Notes under the pieces: generated by a model
Seen by the model: only the letters and a program-made list of their open reading frames with translations
What the model was told of the DNA's origin: nothing
Database searches by the model: none
In this document: one piece after another, positions 32,375-41,449 of the stretch
How positions within the stretch are numbered: the first letter of the stretch is position 1
How the letters are laid out: the number at the start of each line of letters is the position of its first letter
Origin: Acidobacteriota bacterium
GTDB taxonomy: Bacteria > Acidobacteriota > Terriglobia > Acidiferrales > UBA7541
NCBI GenBank assembly: GCA_043758915.1
Contig: JAYVMO010000002.1
Location: forward strand, 1-52,618
Direction of reading: 5' to 3'
DNA length: 52,618 bases
Position numbers and translations under genes: made by a program

Positions 32375-33565
32375 CTACGACACCGTTGCTGTCGCCACCG
32401 ACAATCGACCCACTTCTTCCTTGGCCATTCGACGCGCCTCGGCATCCGCCGCAAGCACATCCTCCATCTTCTCAAATCGCATTCGAGGCGTGCGGCCTAA
32501 TACTCTCTCAATCACTTCCGGGATACCCAGGAACGGCAGCCGTCGCTCCAGAAACGCCGCCACCGCAATCTCATCCGCCGCGTTCAACGCACACGGCAGC
32601 GCCCCGCCCTTCTTCATCGCTTCCCGTGCCAACTTCAAGCAAGGGAACCGCCTTGTCGAAACCTTTTCGAAGTCCAACCTCTTCAGTTTGGACCAATCGA
32701 GCGTCACCTGATTCGATGCCACCCGCTCCGGATAGGTTAACGCATATTGGATGGGCATGCGCATGTCCGTCGGCCCCAGTTGCGCCAAGATGGAACCGTC
32801 CACATACTCCACCATCGAGTGCATCGTTGATTGCGGATGGATGACCACATCGATTTGGTCCGGGCGCATCCCGAAGAGCCAGCGCGCCTCGATCACCTCG
32901 AACCCCTTGTTCATCATCGTCGCGGAATCGATCGTGATGCGGTTTCCCATCCGCCAGTTCGGGTGCGCCAGGGCTTGCTCGATGGTCACATTTTCCAGCG
33001 CCTTCAGCGGTGTCTTTCGAAACGGCCCGCCAGAAGCCGTTAGCACCAGTCGCCGCACTTCCGTGTGCTTTCCGCCTCGCAGGCACTGGTGCACTGCGTT
33101 ATGTTCGCTGTCCACCGGCAACAGTTCCTGCCCCGCGTGTTTCGCCGCGGCCATCACCAGCTCACCCGCCGCGACCAGCACTTCCTTGTTCGAAAGCGCA
33201 ACGCTCTTCCCCAGTTTCAGCGCTTCGTACGTGGCTTCCAGACCCACAACGCCCACCGCTGCCGACACCACAATATCCGCTCTCGCATGCGTCCCAACCG
33301 CCCGCATTCCTTCGCGGCCATGATGAATCGCCGGCATCGGCGCAATGCCTTTGGCTCTCAGTTGCCGCGCCAGTTCATCCGCCTTCTGCGCGTCGCCCAC
33401 CGACACCACTTCCGGCCGGTGCCGCTCGATCTGCCCCGCCAGTTCCTCCAGGTTCGCTCCCGCCGCCAGCGCCACTACGCAAAAGCGTTCTGGCAGGGAC
33501 TCCACCACCGAAAGACATTGCCTTCCGATGGAGCCCGTCGAACCCAATATGGAAAGTTGTTTCAC
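32375..33565 (-). CDS. dxr: 1-deoxy-D-xylulose-5-phosphate reductoisomerase
   Basis: ILGSTGSIG, NKE, PVDSEH, TASGGPF, HPNWRMG..ITIDSATMMNKG. Alternative GTG start at 33577. Confidence 0.97.
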   Translation of the reverse strand: MKQLSILGSTGSIGRQCLSVVESLPERFCVVALAAGANLEELAGQIERHRPEVVSVGDAQKADELARQLRAKGIAPMPAIHHGREGMRAVGTHARADIVVSAAVGVVGLEATYEALKLGKSVALSNKEVLVAAGELVMAAAKHAGQELLPVDSEHNAVHQCLRGGKHTEVRRLVLTASGGPFRKTPLKALENVTIEQALAHPNWRMGNRITIDSATMMNKGFEVIEARWLFGMRPDQIDVVIHPQSTMHSMVEYVDGSILAQLGPTDMRMPIQYALTYPERVASNQVTLDWSKLKRLDFEKVSTRRFPCLKLAREAMKKGGALPCALNAADEIAVAAFLERRLPFLGIPEVIERVLGRTPRMRFEKMEDVLAADAEARRMAKEEVGRLSVATATVS

Positions 33566-33610
33566 GAAGTTCCGCACTTCCCTTTTTGTCGGTTGGAAAC
33601 GCCCGTGGCC

Positions 33611-34486
33611 CTACACTTTGGGCGAATAGATCAACATCCAATAGTACCAGACAACCGGAATCGCCAGAATCAATGCATCAATGCGGTCCAACACTCCGCC
33701 GTGCCCCGGCAGCAGCCCACCCGAATCCTTCACTCCCGCACTCCGTTTGTACGCCGACTCCAGCAGATCCCCGGCTTGCCCCGCAACGTTTCCCAGCGCC
33801 GCCATGGCCAATAAATGCGGCAGCGGCGCACTCAGCCATCGTGTAAACGCAACCGCCACCAGCAGAGACCCAACGAAGCTCCCTACCACCCCTTCCCAGG
33901 TCTTTTTCGGACTGAGGTGCGGTGCCATGGGATGCTTTCCAATCGCCCGGCCCACAAAATACGCCACGGTATCCGCTGCCCAGGTAATCACCAGTGCAAA
34001 CAGCAGTAAACGCGGACCTTCTGTTCCCGCCCCGTGCAACCGGATCGCATAGGTAAGCGGAAATGCCACCAATAGCAGCCCGCTAGCGCTGATTCCCGCC
34101 GCAGGCAACGTTTCGACCAGCGGCCGCTTGGTCCATAGCGTAATCACCGCCACGCCAAGAACAAAAACAATCAGCGCATCCTCAGCGCGGGGGAAAAACC
34201 GCACGAGCAGCCACGCCAGGCGCGGAGGATACGTGATCCCGCCGAATTCGCCCCACTTCACCGCCGTCGTAAGCCATTGCAGGTAAACGATGAATAGCGC
34301 ACATGCCGCCGTCCAGAAGCGGTACGCCCGGTGCCCAATTGCCTCGCCAAGCGAGAAATACTCAAACAGCGCCAGCAGCATCACCAGCGCGACCGCCAGC
34401 GACACCACCGCCGTCGATGCCCATAACACCAGCCCCACGACAAACGGTATCAGCACTGCCGCCGTGGCTACCCGCTTCCAAGTCAT
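33611..34486 (-). CDS. cdsA: Phosphatidate cytidylyltransferase
   Basis: DTVAYFVG, SPKKTWEG, GDLLESAYKR..GVKDSG..LPGHGGVLDRID. Confidence 0.96.
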   Translation of the reverse strand: MTWKRVATAAVLIPFVVGLVLWASTAVVSLAVALVMLLALFEYFSLGEAIGHRAYRFWTAACALFIVYLQWLTTAVKWGEFGGITYPPRLAWLLVRFFPRAEDALIVFVLGVAVITLWTKRPLVETLPAAGISASGLLLVAFPLTYAIRLHGAGTEGPRLLLFALVITWAADTVAYFVGRAIGKHPMAPHLSPKKTWEGVVGSFVGSLLVAVAFTRWLSAPLPHLLAMAALGNVAGQAGDLLESAYKRSAGVKDSGGLLPGHGGVLDRIDALILAIPVVWYYWMLIYSPKV

Positions 34487-34601
34487 AGAACGGAGATCCC
34501 CTAAAGAACTGCTGGCTCCATCTCATCACATCAAAGGAAAGAAATCACGCAGGTGGGTCAAAAAAATCAAAGCATTCGTGAGCCGCGGAAAACCGTAACC
34601 G

Positions 34602-35447
34602 TCATTCACCTGCCACGCGCGCGGAATTCTCCGTCGCAGGCGCTCCTTCGCGGATTCCCCCATAGCGCCGCTCGCGCTTCTGGAATTCCACCAGCGCCTC
34701 CAGCAGCCTGGCTCGATTGAAATCCGGCCACAGCGTCTCGGTCACGAAAATCTCCGCGTACGCGATCTGCCACAGCAGGAAATTGCTTACCCGCATCTCC
34801 CCGCTCGTGCGGATCAGCAGGTCCGGATCCGGCAACCCGCCCGTATACATGTGCCGCGCCAACTGCTCTTCCGTGATCGCCCCGCGCAAACTGTGTCCGT
34901 TGCTTTCCGCCAGCAGCGCGTTCATCGCATCCACGATTTCCGCTCGGCCGCCGTAATTCAACGCCACCGACAGGACCATGCCGCTATTCCCCGCCGTCTT
35001 CTCCGTGGCATCGCGAACATCATTCTGCACACCCGCGGATAGCTCTTCCGTCCGGCCGATAAACCTCATGCGAATATTATTTTTCTGCAACAGCGGCATT
35101 TCCTTGCGCAGATATTCACGCAGAAGCTGCATCAGGAAATCGATCTCCGCCTTTGGCCGCCGCCAATTCTCCACCGAAAAGGCATACAGGGTCAGCGCCT
35201 CGATGTTCAGCCGCGCGCAAGTCTCAATGGTCGTGCGTGCCGCCTTGGTCCCCGAGCTGTGGCCGGCCACGCGCGGCAGGTGTCTCCGCTGCGCCCAGCG
35301 CCCGTTCCCATCCATGATCACCGCAACGTGCCGGGGCAGCCGCTTCAGTTCCAGCTTTTCGAGCAGCCGCGACTCCTCGGCCGTGATCGGACCGAGCGCT
35401 CCCGGAGCTGCTACCGCTATCGTTGTGTGTGCTTTGCTGTTCGCCAC
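34602..35447 (-). CDS. uppS: Undecaprenyl diphosphate synthase (cis-prenyltransferase)
   Basis: HVAVIMDGNGRWA, YAFSVENWRR, NYGGR, DLLIRTSGEMRVSNFLLWQ, RRYGG. GTG start at 35447 preferred. Confidence 0.96.
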   Translation of the reverse strand: MANSKAHTTIAVAAPGALGPITAEESRLLEKLELKRLPRHVAVIMDGNGRWAQRRHLPRVAGHSSGTKAARTTIETCARLNIEALTLYAFSVENWRRPKAEIDFLMQLLREYLRKEMPLLQKNNIRMRFIGRTEELSAGVQNDVRDATEKTAGNSGMVLSVALNYGGRAEIVDAMNALLAESNGHSLRGAITEEQLARHMYTGGLPDPDLLIRTSGEMRVSNFLLWQIAYAEIFVTETLWPDFNRARLLEALVEFQKRERRYGGIREGAPATENSARVAGE

Positions 35448-35531
35448 GGCGTTCCTGCGGCTATGTCCTTTATGCCGCAAAGTTAACACACGCCTCACCC
35501 GCTGCGCAATCCCAGGTTGCCTTGTCGGGTA

Positions 35532-36866
35532 TCAGCCCACCGGCCCAGGCGAACCGCCGGCGCTCGCGGGGAAAATCGAGGTATAGACCAGCACCAGCGT
35601 CAGCACGATCATCGCAATGGCCGTCACCCACGCCACCACGTTAAACGTCAGCGTGTTCACATGCTCGCCCATCAGGTCCCGCCGGTTCACCAGCAGCAAA
35701 ATAAAAATCACCACCACCGGCAGCCAGATGCCGTTCCCCACTTGCGAAAAGATCAGAATCTTCCACAGTGGTGCGTGCGGGATCAGAATGATTCCTGCCC
35801 CCGCGGCGATCAAAATCGTATACAGCCCGTAAAAAATCCTCGCTTCGCTGAACTTGTGATCGATCCCCGCCTCGAACCCCAACCCCTCGCAGATCACGTG
35901 CGCCGTCGATAGTGGCAGGATCGTCGCCGCAAACAGCGAGGCATTCAGCAGCCCGAAGGCAAACGTAAACCCAGCCCACTTCCCCGCCAGCGGAATCAGC
36001 GCTTTGGCCGCGTCCGCCGCGTCCGTGATGTTTCGCTGCCCCGAGACGTACAGCGTCGCCGCCGTGCACACGATGATGAAGAACACGATCACCATGCAAC
36101 TGATGCTTCCCACCAGCACGTCCGCGCGCGCCTGCGGGTAGTTCCTCGGCCCCACTTTCTTCTCCACGAATCCCGCCTGTAGATAGAAAAATTGCCACGG
36201 CGCGATGGTCGTCCCCACCAGCGCCGTCAACGTCAGCAAGTATCCCGCTTCAAAATGAAGATTTGGAACCACCACGTGCTGCGCGGCCTGCAGCCAATCC
36301 GGCTTCGCCAGCACCGCGGAAATGATGTATGTCACGTAGAACCCGCAAGCGACGAGAAAAATCACTTCCACCTGCCGGTACGTACCTCGCATCACCAGCA
36401 CCCACACCAGAATCGCCGCAAGGGGCACGGCGATGTATTTGCTCACGTGAAAAATCTCCATCGCCGCCGCCACGCCCGCAAATTCCGCCACCACGTTCGC
36501 CAGATCCACGAAAAAGCCCACCACCATCACGAAAAACGTGGACCGAAACCCGAACTCTTCCCGAATTAAGTCCGATAGCCCTTTTCCCGTAATCACTCCC
36601 ATGCGCGCGCACATCTCCTCCGTCACGTACAACGCGATGGTCATCGGAATCAGCGACCACAGCAGCGCATAGCCGTAGTGCGCCCCTGCTTGCGTGTACG
36701 TCGAGATGCCGCCCGCGTCATTGTCCACGTTGGAAGTAATCAGCCCCGGCCCCACCACCGCCAGCAGCAGCGTCAGACGCCGCCGCAAACCGCGAATGCG
36801 CTGCTGCAACGTCGCGCCGCGCGTCCGCAGTCCCTCCAGGCCGTTCGTGATGGTTTCCCAATTCAT
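35532..36866 (-). CDS. Nramp-family divalent cation transporter, NRMT (Mg2+-permeable)-like
   Basis: TM1 GPGLITSNVDNDAGG (not DPGN), EEMCARMG..TGKGL, TM6 GTTIAPW (lacks the MPH methionine), about 11 TMs. Confidence 0.85.
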   Translation of the reverse strand: MNWETITNGLEGLRTRGATLQQRIRGLRRRLTLLLAVVGPGLITSNVDNDAGGISTYTQAGAHYGYALLWSLIPMTIALYVTEEMCARMGVITGKGLSDLIREEFGFRSTFFVMVVGFFVDLANVVAEFAGVAAAMEIFHVSKYIAVPLAAILVWVLVMRGTYRQVEVIFLVACGFYVTYIISAVLAKPDWLQAAQHVVVPNLHFEAGYLLTLTALVGTTIAPWQFFYLQAGFVEKKVGPRNYPQARADVLVGSISCMVIVFFIIVCTAATLYVSGQRNITDAADAAKALIPLAGKWAGFTFAFGLLNASLFAATILPLSTAHVICEGLGFEAGIDHKFSEARIFYGLYTILIAAGAGIILIPHAPLWKILIFSQVGNGIWLPVVVIFILLLVNRRDLMGEHVNTLTFNVVAWVTAIAMIVLTLVLVYTSIFPASAGGSPGPVG

Positions 36867-36887
36867 CTTTGCGCGCGAATCCTCTCC

Positions 36888-38129
36888 CTACTTCTTCATC
36901 AGCTTTGAAACCACGTCATCCACCGTAATCGTCCCGAGCGGCCGCTTCTCTTCATCCACCACCGTCAGCATTCGCAGGTTGTACTTGTCGAAGAGTTCGA
37001 ATACTTCGTCATCCTCTGCGGTGGGCTCCACGCTCAGCAGCGGCTCCGTCTTCAACTCCGACATCTTTTGCTCCGGAGCCGCCAGCAGCAGCCGCGCCAC
37101 TGCCACCGTCCCGGAATACTGCGCCGCACTGTCCAGCAACACGATGGTGTCCAGTTGGTCCAGGTTCAGGTCTTGCCCCCGCATCCACGCCAGCACCTCA
37201 TCCCGCTCCGAAGTTTCTCCCACAAATGCAAATTCCGGATTCATCATCCCGCCAGCCGTCGCCGGGTCGAATGCCAGCAACTCGCGCACTTCGTTGGCTT
37301 CATATCCGGGCATCTCTTCCAGTAATTCATCCGAAGTTTCCTTCGGCAGGTCGCCCAACAAATCCGCCGCCGCGTCTGGTGCCATCTCTTCCAGAATGTC
37401 CGCCGCCTTCTCCGGGTCCATTTTTTCCACGATCTGGGTCGTCAGCCGCTCATCCAGCTCCGCCAGAACCGCCGCCGCCGTCTCTTCATCCAGCGAAGCG
37501 ATAATCCCCTGCCTCTCGGCCGCGGAGAGGTCTTCCATAATCTCCGCCAGATCCGCGGGGTGCAGGTCCTCGAGTTTTTCGTGCGTGATGCGCAGCTTCA
37601 CGCGCCGCAGCGGGTCCGGCTCGATCAAGTTCACGAACTCCCACCGAATGGTCTTCGGCGGCAACTTGCTCTGCAACTTGCGAATCACGCTCGGAGCCAG
37701 CGCGCCCTGCAACAACCGGCGCACCGCTCCCGGCAAGCCCACGTCGACCTGTGTCAGCCGCAATTCCACATTGCCGTTGGTGCGCAGTTCCGTGAGGTCC
37801 ACGTCATTCACCCTCACCACCTTCCGCCCGCGCGTATCAATAATTTGCTGGTCCAGCAAATCCTTTTTCACTGCCAGCCACCCCTCGTTCGGCTGGTACA
37901 GCTCCAGCGCTCGTTCGTTGACGTTTAACCGCAGTTTTCCCGGCTCCACGGACGCCACCTGATCGTGCTTGGCCACCAGCGGCTGAAAATGTCCGCGCGA
38001 AATCAGGAAATGCGAGATGCGATTCGGGGCTTCCGCCGGTTCGATAAAAAACTCGCGCACCTTGCCAACAAAATTTCCCTGCGGGTCGTATGCTTTCGCG
38101 CCCATCAATTCCGTCGCGTAGAGTTCCAT
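36888..38129 (-). CDS. Soluble MgtE-like regulatory protein (PRC-barrel-like N-part, MgtE_N, CBS pair; no membrane domain)
   Basis: DLLDQQIID.RGRKVVRVNDV, LHPADLAEIMEDL, MAPDAAADLL, TAGGMM, G.ITVDDV, then a stop a few residues later with no TM segments. ATG 38129 has a GGGGG/GGAAGG RBS. Confidence 0.85.
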   Translation of the reverse strand: MELYATELMGAKAYDPQGNFVGKVREFFIEPAEAPNRISHFLISRGHFQPLVAKHDQVASVEPGKLRLNVNERALELYQPNEGWLAVKKDLLDQQIIDTRGRKVVRVNDVDLTELRTNGNVELRLTQVDVGLPGAVRRLLQGALAPSVIRKLQSKLPPKTIRWEFVNLIEPDPLRRVKLRITHEKLEDLHPADLAEIMEDLSAAERQGIIASLDEETAAAVLAELDERLTTQIVEKMDPEKAADILEEMAPDAAADLLGDLPKETSDELLEEMPGYEANEVRELLAFDPATAGGMMNPEFAFVGETSERDEVLAWMRGQDLNLDQLDTIVLLDSAAQYSGTVAVARLLLAAPEQKMSELKTEPLLSVEPTAEDDEVFELFDKYNLRMLTVVDEEKRPLGTITVDDVVSKLMKK

Positions 38130-38200
38130 GAACACCCCCTTCCCATCCTTGCAAGATGGTCTTTCTTGCCGTCGTCCCTTGCTACAGGGTCTCAGCCAAC

Positions 38201-38236
38201 AAAAAAACCCGCGCGCCGAACAACCTCGGCCGCGGG
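38201..38236 (-). terminator. Intrinsic terminator inside the leader of the MgtE_N/Nramp operon
   Basis: Minus strand reads CCCGCG-GCCGAG-gttg-TTCGGC-g-CGCGGG-TTTTTTT, about 70 nt upstream of the MgtE_N start. Confidence 0.8.
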
Positions 38237-38264
38237 CAAGTACCTCATACAAATGGACTTACCG

Positions 38265-38414
38265 CTAGCCAGGCGTGCCTCCTCCCCACCCGACTGCCTG
38301 CGCCAATCCCTGCGCCTCGCGAGGCTTCGCGCACACCTGTCGTCGAGCCGCTGGCCTCGGCACGTGCCCTGAAAACAAGCCTCTAGGGCCAGGTTCGAGT
38401 TCGCTGCTTGTCAT
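38265..38414 (-). CDS. Putative Pro-rich leader peptide (49 aa) of a transcription attenuator
   Basis: MTSSELEPGPRGLFSGHVPRPAARRQVCAKPREAQGLAQAVGWGGGTPG* with 6 Pro and AGA/AGG/CGA codons. Its TAG abuts the antiterminator arm. Confidence 0.5.
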   Translation of the reverse strand: MTSSELEPGPRGLFSGHVPRPAARRQVCAKPREAQGLAQAVGWGGGTPG

Positions 38415-38421
38415 CGAGAGA

Positions 38422-38445
38422 AATTTCACTCCCAATTTCACTCCC
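38422..38445. repeat. Perfect 12-bp tandem repeat (AATTTCACTCCC x2)
   Basis: Directly visible. Reads GGGAGTGAAATT x2 on the minus strand. Confidence 0.9.
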
Positions 38446-38451
38446 ACCGTA

Positions 38452-38480
38452 GTGATAAGCCGGGTGCGTCGCATTGTCAA
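38452..38480 (-). promoter_or_regulatory. Sigma70 promoter TTGACA-N17-TATCAC for the leader/MgtE_N/Nramp transcript
   Basis: Perfect -35 at 38475-38480, 17-nt spacer, 4/6 -10, and an AT-rich upstream region. Confidence 0.6.
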
Positions 38481-38526
38481 GAAAAGAATGGCTTTCTCAC
38501 GAAAATAATTTGCTGTTCCCCTCTCG

Positions 38527-39186
38527 CTACCGCTTCTTGGCTTCCTCGAACACCATATCGCGCGGTTCGACGCCCTTCCGCCGGCATTCCTCCACATACA
38601 GCGCCAAATAGTTTTTCAAAATGTAGTCCCGCTTCGAAAACCCCAGCTCTTCGGCAGCCCGGTCAATCGCCTCGGGCGGACCTTCCAGTTCCACAAACGT
38701 TCCGATCGGCGTTTCATCCACTTCGATCAAAAGGCCCTTCCCCCATCGCTGCGCGGCAGGCAATCGGTACGTGGTCCGGTACTTTTCATAGTGAAACCAC
38801 CCCTTCATCCCCAAACCCTCGAAAATCTTCGTCAAATTCTCCGCCTCCGCCACTTCCACTTCGAGCTCTTCCCTCACCTTGTATCGCTCCGCCGGCGCGC
38901 CCACCGCCATCGCCTCGGCCCGCTGTTCCACCGGACGCTTAAACGTCACCACAACCCGTGTCTTAGCCGCTGCCCGCTGCTTCGAACCCCTCTCCGGCGT
39001 CTCCGTCCGAATGCGCAGCAATTGCCCGTGCTTGGCAAGCCCGCCCTGTGGCGTATCAAAAATTACATTCCACTCATGCACACGCCCGCCGCCCCCAGCG
39101 CACGCCCGCGCTCCCCAGCGCTTCAGCGCACGCCGAAACGCCTTCAAATCACCGATTCTCAGCTTGATTTCCGTCTCTTGTGCCAT
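38527..39186 (-). CDS. CYTH-domain protein (class IV adenylate cyclase/triphosphatase-like)
   Basis: ETEIK (ExExK), LLRIR, TFKRP, REELE, YEKYR, DETPIGTFVELEG. Confidence 0.88.
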   Translation of the reverse strand: MAQETEIKLRIGDLKAFRRALKRWGARACAGGGGRVHEWNVIFDTPQGGLAKHGQLLRIRTETPERGSKQRAAAKTRVVVTFKRPVEQRAEAMAVGAPAERYKVREELEVEVAEAENLTKIFEGLGMKGWFHYEKYRTTYRLPAAQRWGKGLLIEVDETPIGTFVELEGPPEAIDRAAEELGFSKRDYILKNYLALYVEECRRKGVEPRDMVFEEAKKR

Positions 39187-39310
39187 GATTTCCCCGGCTG
39201 TCGGGGCGCCTCGCTTTCACTCCCCGCTGCAATCCGTGTAGTATAACGGACGCACACGATTCAACTCCGCCCGGCGCCCACCCAGCCGCGCGCACCACTC
39301 AGAGAGACTC

Positions 39311-41449
39311 ATGCACCCGGACGAGAAGACTGCCTCGACGACCGTTGCTAACCAGACCACCGAAGCCGCAACTCCGTTACCGCCAACTGCTCGCCGCGAG
39401 CCCCTTGAGCACACCTTCCACGGTGATCGCCGTATCGACGACTACGCCTGGCTCTGCAACAAAGAAAATCCCCAAGTCTTCGCCTATCTCAACGCCGAAA
39501 ACGCCTACACCGACGCAATTCTCCGCCCCACGGAACCTTTCCAGGAAAAACTCTACCAGGAGATGCTCGGCCGCATCCTCCAGACCGACCTCTCCGTTCC
39601 CTACCTTCTTCGCGGCTACCAGTACTTCACCCGCACGGAAGAAGGCCAGCAGTATCCCCTCTACAGCCGCCGTCCCGACAAAGAAGGCTCCCCGGAAGAA
39701 CTTCTACTCGACCTCAACGGCCTTGCCGAGGGCCACTCTTTCCTCGGCCTCGGCTCCTTCGACGTCAGTGACGACAACCACCTTCTCGCCTATTCCACCG
39801 ACATCACCGGCTTCCGCCAGTACACGCTCCACATCCAGGACCTTCGCACCGGCGAAACTTTCCACGAGAGTATCGAGCGCGTCACCAGCGTCGCGTGGGC
39901 CGCCGGCCAACGCACGCTCTTTTACACCATCGAAGACGCAACCACGAAGCGTTCCTACCGCCTCTATCGCCACGTCCTCGGCACCACCGAACCCGACCCG
40001 CTCCTTTTCGAAGAAACCGACGAACGCTTCCGCATCGAGATTAGCCGCACTCGCAGCGGCTCCTTTCTTCTCCTAACCTGTGCCAGCCACACCACCAGCG
40101 AAGTCCGCTATCTCCCAGCCGGACAGTCCTCCGGCGAGTTTCGCCTCATCGCTCACCGCGAAGACAATCACGAGTACTACGCCGACCACCACCCCGGCCC
40201 CGCGGCCAATCCCGCGGATATTTTCTACATTCGCACCAATTCCGGCGGCCGCACCTTCCGCTTGATGACCGTTCCCGTCGCCGACCCCCGCCGAAAATTT
40301 TGGCGCGAACTTATCCCCAATCGCCCCGCCGTCATGCTCGCCGCCGTCGAAGCCTTTAAGACCCACCTGGTCCTCTTCGAACGCGAAGGCGGCCTGCCTT
40401 ATCTCCGCATCGTGGACCTAACCATCGTTGCCCCCACCGCCCTCGAATCCTCCCACCGCATCGAGTTCACCGAGCCTGCCTACAACGCCTCCCTCGGTGC
40501 CAACCCCGAGTTCGCAACCAATCACCTCCGATTCCAATACGAATCTTTCATCACGCCCCGCTCCATTTTCGATTACGAACTCGGTACCCACAAACGCACT
40601 CTTCGCAAGCAGCAACCCGTCCTCGGCGGCTACGACCCCGCTCAGTACACCAGCGAGCGTCTGCACGTCGCCGCCTCCGACGGCGCTCTCATCCCCCTCT
40701 CCATCGTCTACCGCCACGACACGCCTCGCGATGCCTCTGCGCCTCTTCTCCTCTACGGTTACGGCAGCTACGGCATCTCCATCCCGGTCTCCTTCAGCTC
40801 CAACCGTCTCAGCCTCCTCGACCGCGGCGCCATCTACGCCGTCGCTCACATCCGCGGCGGCGGCGAACTCGGCAAACCCTGGCACGACGCCGCCCGCATG
40901 CGCAATAAACGCAACAGCTTTACCGACTTCATCGCCGCCACTGAACACCTCATCGCCGAGCGCTACACTTCCTCACAAAAACTCGTCATCGAAGGCGGCA
41001 GCGCCGGTGGTCTCCTGATGGGCGCCGTCACCAACATGCGCCCAGAACTTTTCCACATGGTCATCAGTCACGTCCCTTTCGTCGATGTGTTGAATACCAT
41101 GCTCGACGCTTCGCTTCCCCTCACCGTCGGCGAATACGAGGAGTGGGGCAATCCGCGGCTCGCGGACGACTACTTCTACATGAAGACCTACTGCCCTTAC
41201 ACCAACCTCGAGCGCAAGTCCTATCCCACGCTGCTCGTCAAAACCGGCCTCAATGACAGCCAGGTCATGTACTGGGAACCCGCGAAGTACGTCGCCAAAT
41301 TGCGCGCCCTCAAAACCGACACTAATCCCCTGCTCTTCAAGATCAACATGGGCGCGGGACACGGCGGCGCTTCCGGCCGCTACGACTATCTACGCGAGAT
41401 CGCTCTCGACTACGCCTTTCTCTTGACGCAACTCGGAATCTCCGAATAG
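39311..41449 (+). CDS. ptrB: Oligopeptidase B (S9A protease II)
   Basis: DDYAWL, LYGYGSYG, HIRGGGELG..W, GGSAGG, NDSQV, AGHGG catalytic triad context. Confidence 0.93.
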   Translation: MHPDEKTASTTVANQTTEAATPLPPTARREPLEHTFHGDRRIDDYAWLCNKENPQVFAYLNAENAYTDAILRPTEPFQEKLYQEMLGRILQTDLSVPYLLRGYQYFTRTEEGQQYPLYSRRPDKEGSPEELLLDLNGLAEGHSFLGLGSFDVSDDNHLLAYSTDITGFRQYTLHIQDLRTGETFHESIERVTSVAWAAGQRTLFYTIEDATTKRSYRLYRHVLGTTEPDPLLFEETDERFRIEISRTRSGSFLLLTCASHTTSEVRYLPAGQSSGEFRLIAHREDNHEYYADHHPGPAANPADIFYIRTNSGGRTFRLMTVPVADPRRKFWRELIPNRPAVMLAAVEAFKTHLVLFEREGGLPYLRIVDLTIVAPTALESSHRIEFTEPAYNASLGANPEFATNHLRFQYESFITPRSIFDYELGTHKRTLRKQQPVLGGYDPAQYTSERLHVAASDGALIPLSIVYRHDTPRDASAPLLLYGYGSYGISIPVSFSSNRLSLLDRGAIYAVAHIRGGGELGKPWHDAARMRNKRNSFTDFIAATEHLIAERYTSSQKLVIEGGSAGGLLMGAVTNMRPELFHMVISHVPFVDVLNTMLDASLPLTVGEYEEWGNPRLADDYFYMKTYCPYTNLERKSYPTLLVKTGLNDSQVMYWEPAKYVAKLRALKTDTNPLLFKINMGAGHGGASGRYDYLREIALDYAFLLTQLGISE

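Noticed and set aside
38130-38252. 41-aa N-terminal extension of the MgtE_N protein in the ORF track
   Set aside because: It runs through the terminator hairpin and U-tract. ATG 38129 has a good RBS and begins the folded domain.
38200-38450. M-box (ykoK), yybP-ykoY riboswitch or 6S RNA
   Set aside because: No UAGGUGAGGCU M-box core, no GGGGAGUAG/UCAAUAC Mn-riboswitch motifs, and no end-to-end rod pairing as in 6S RNA were visible. An Rfam scan is still needed.
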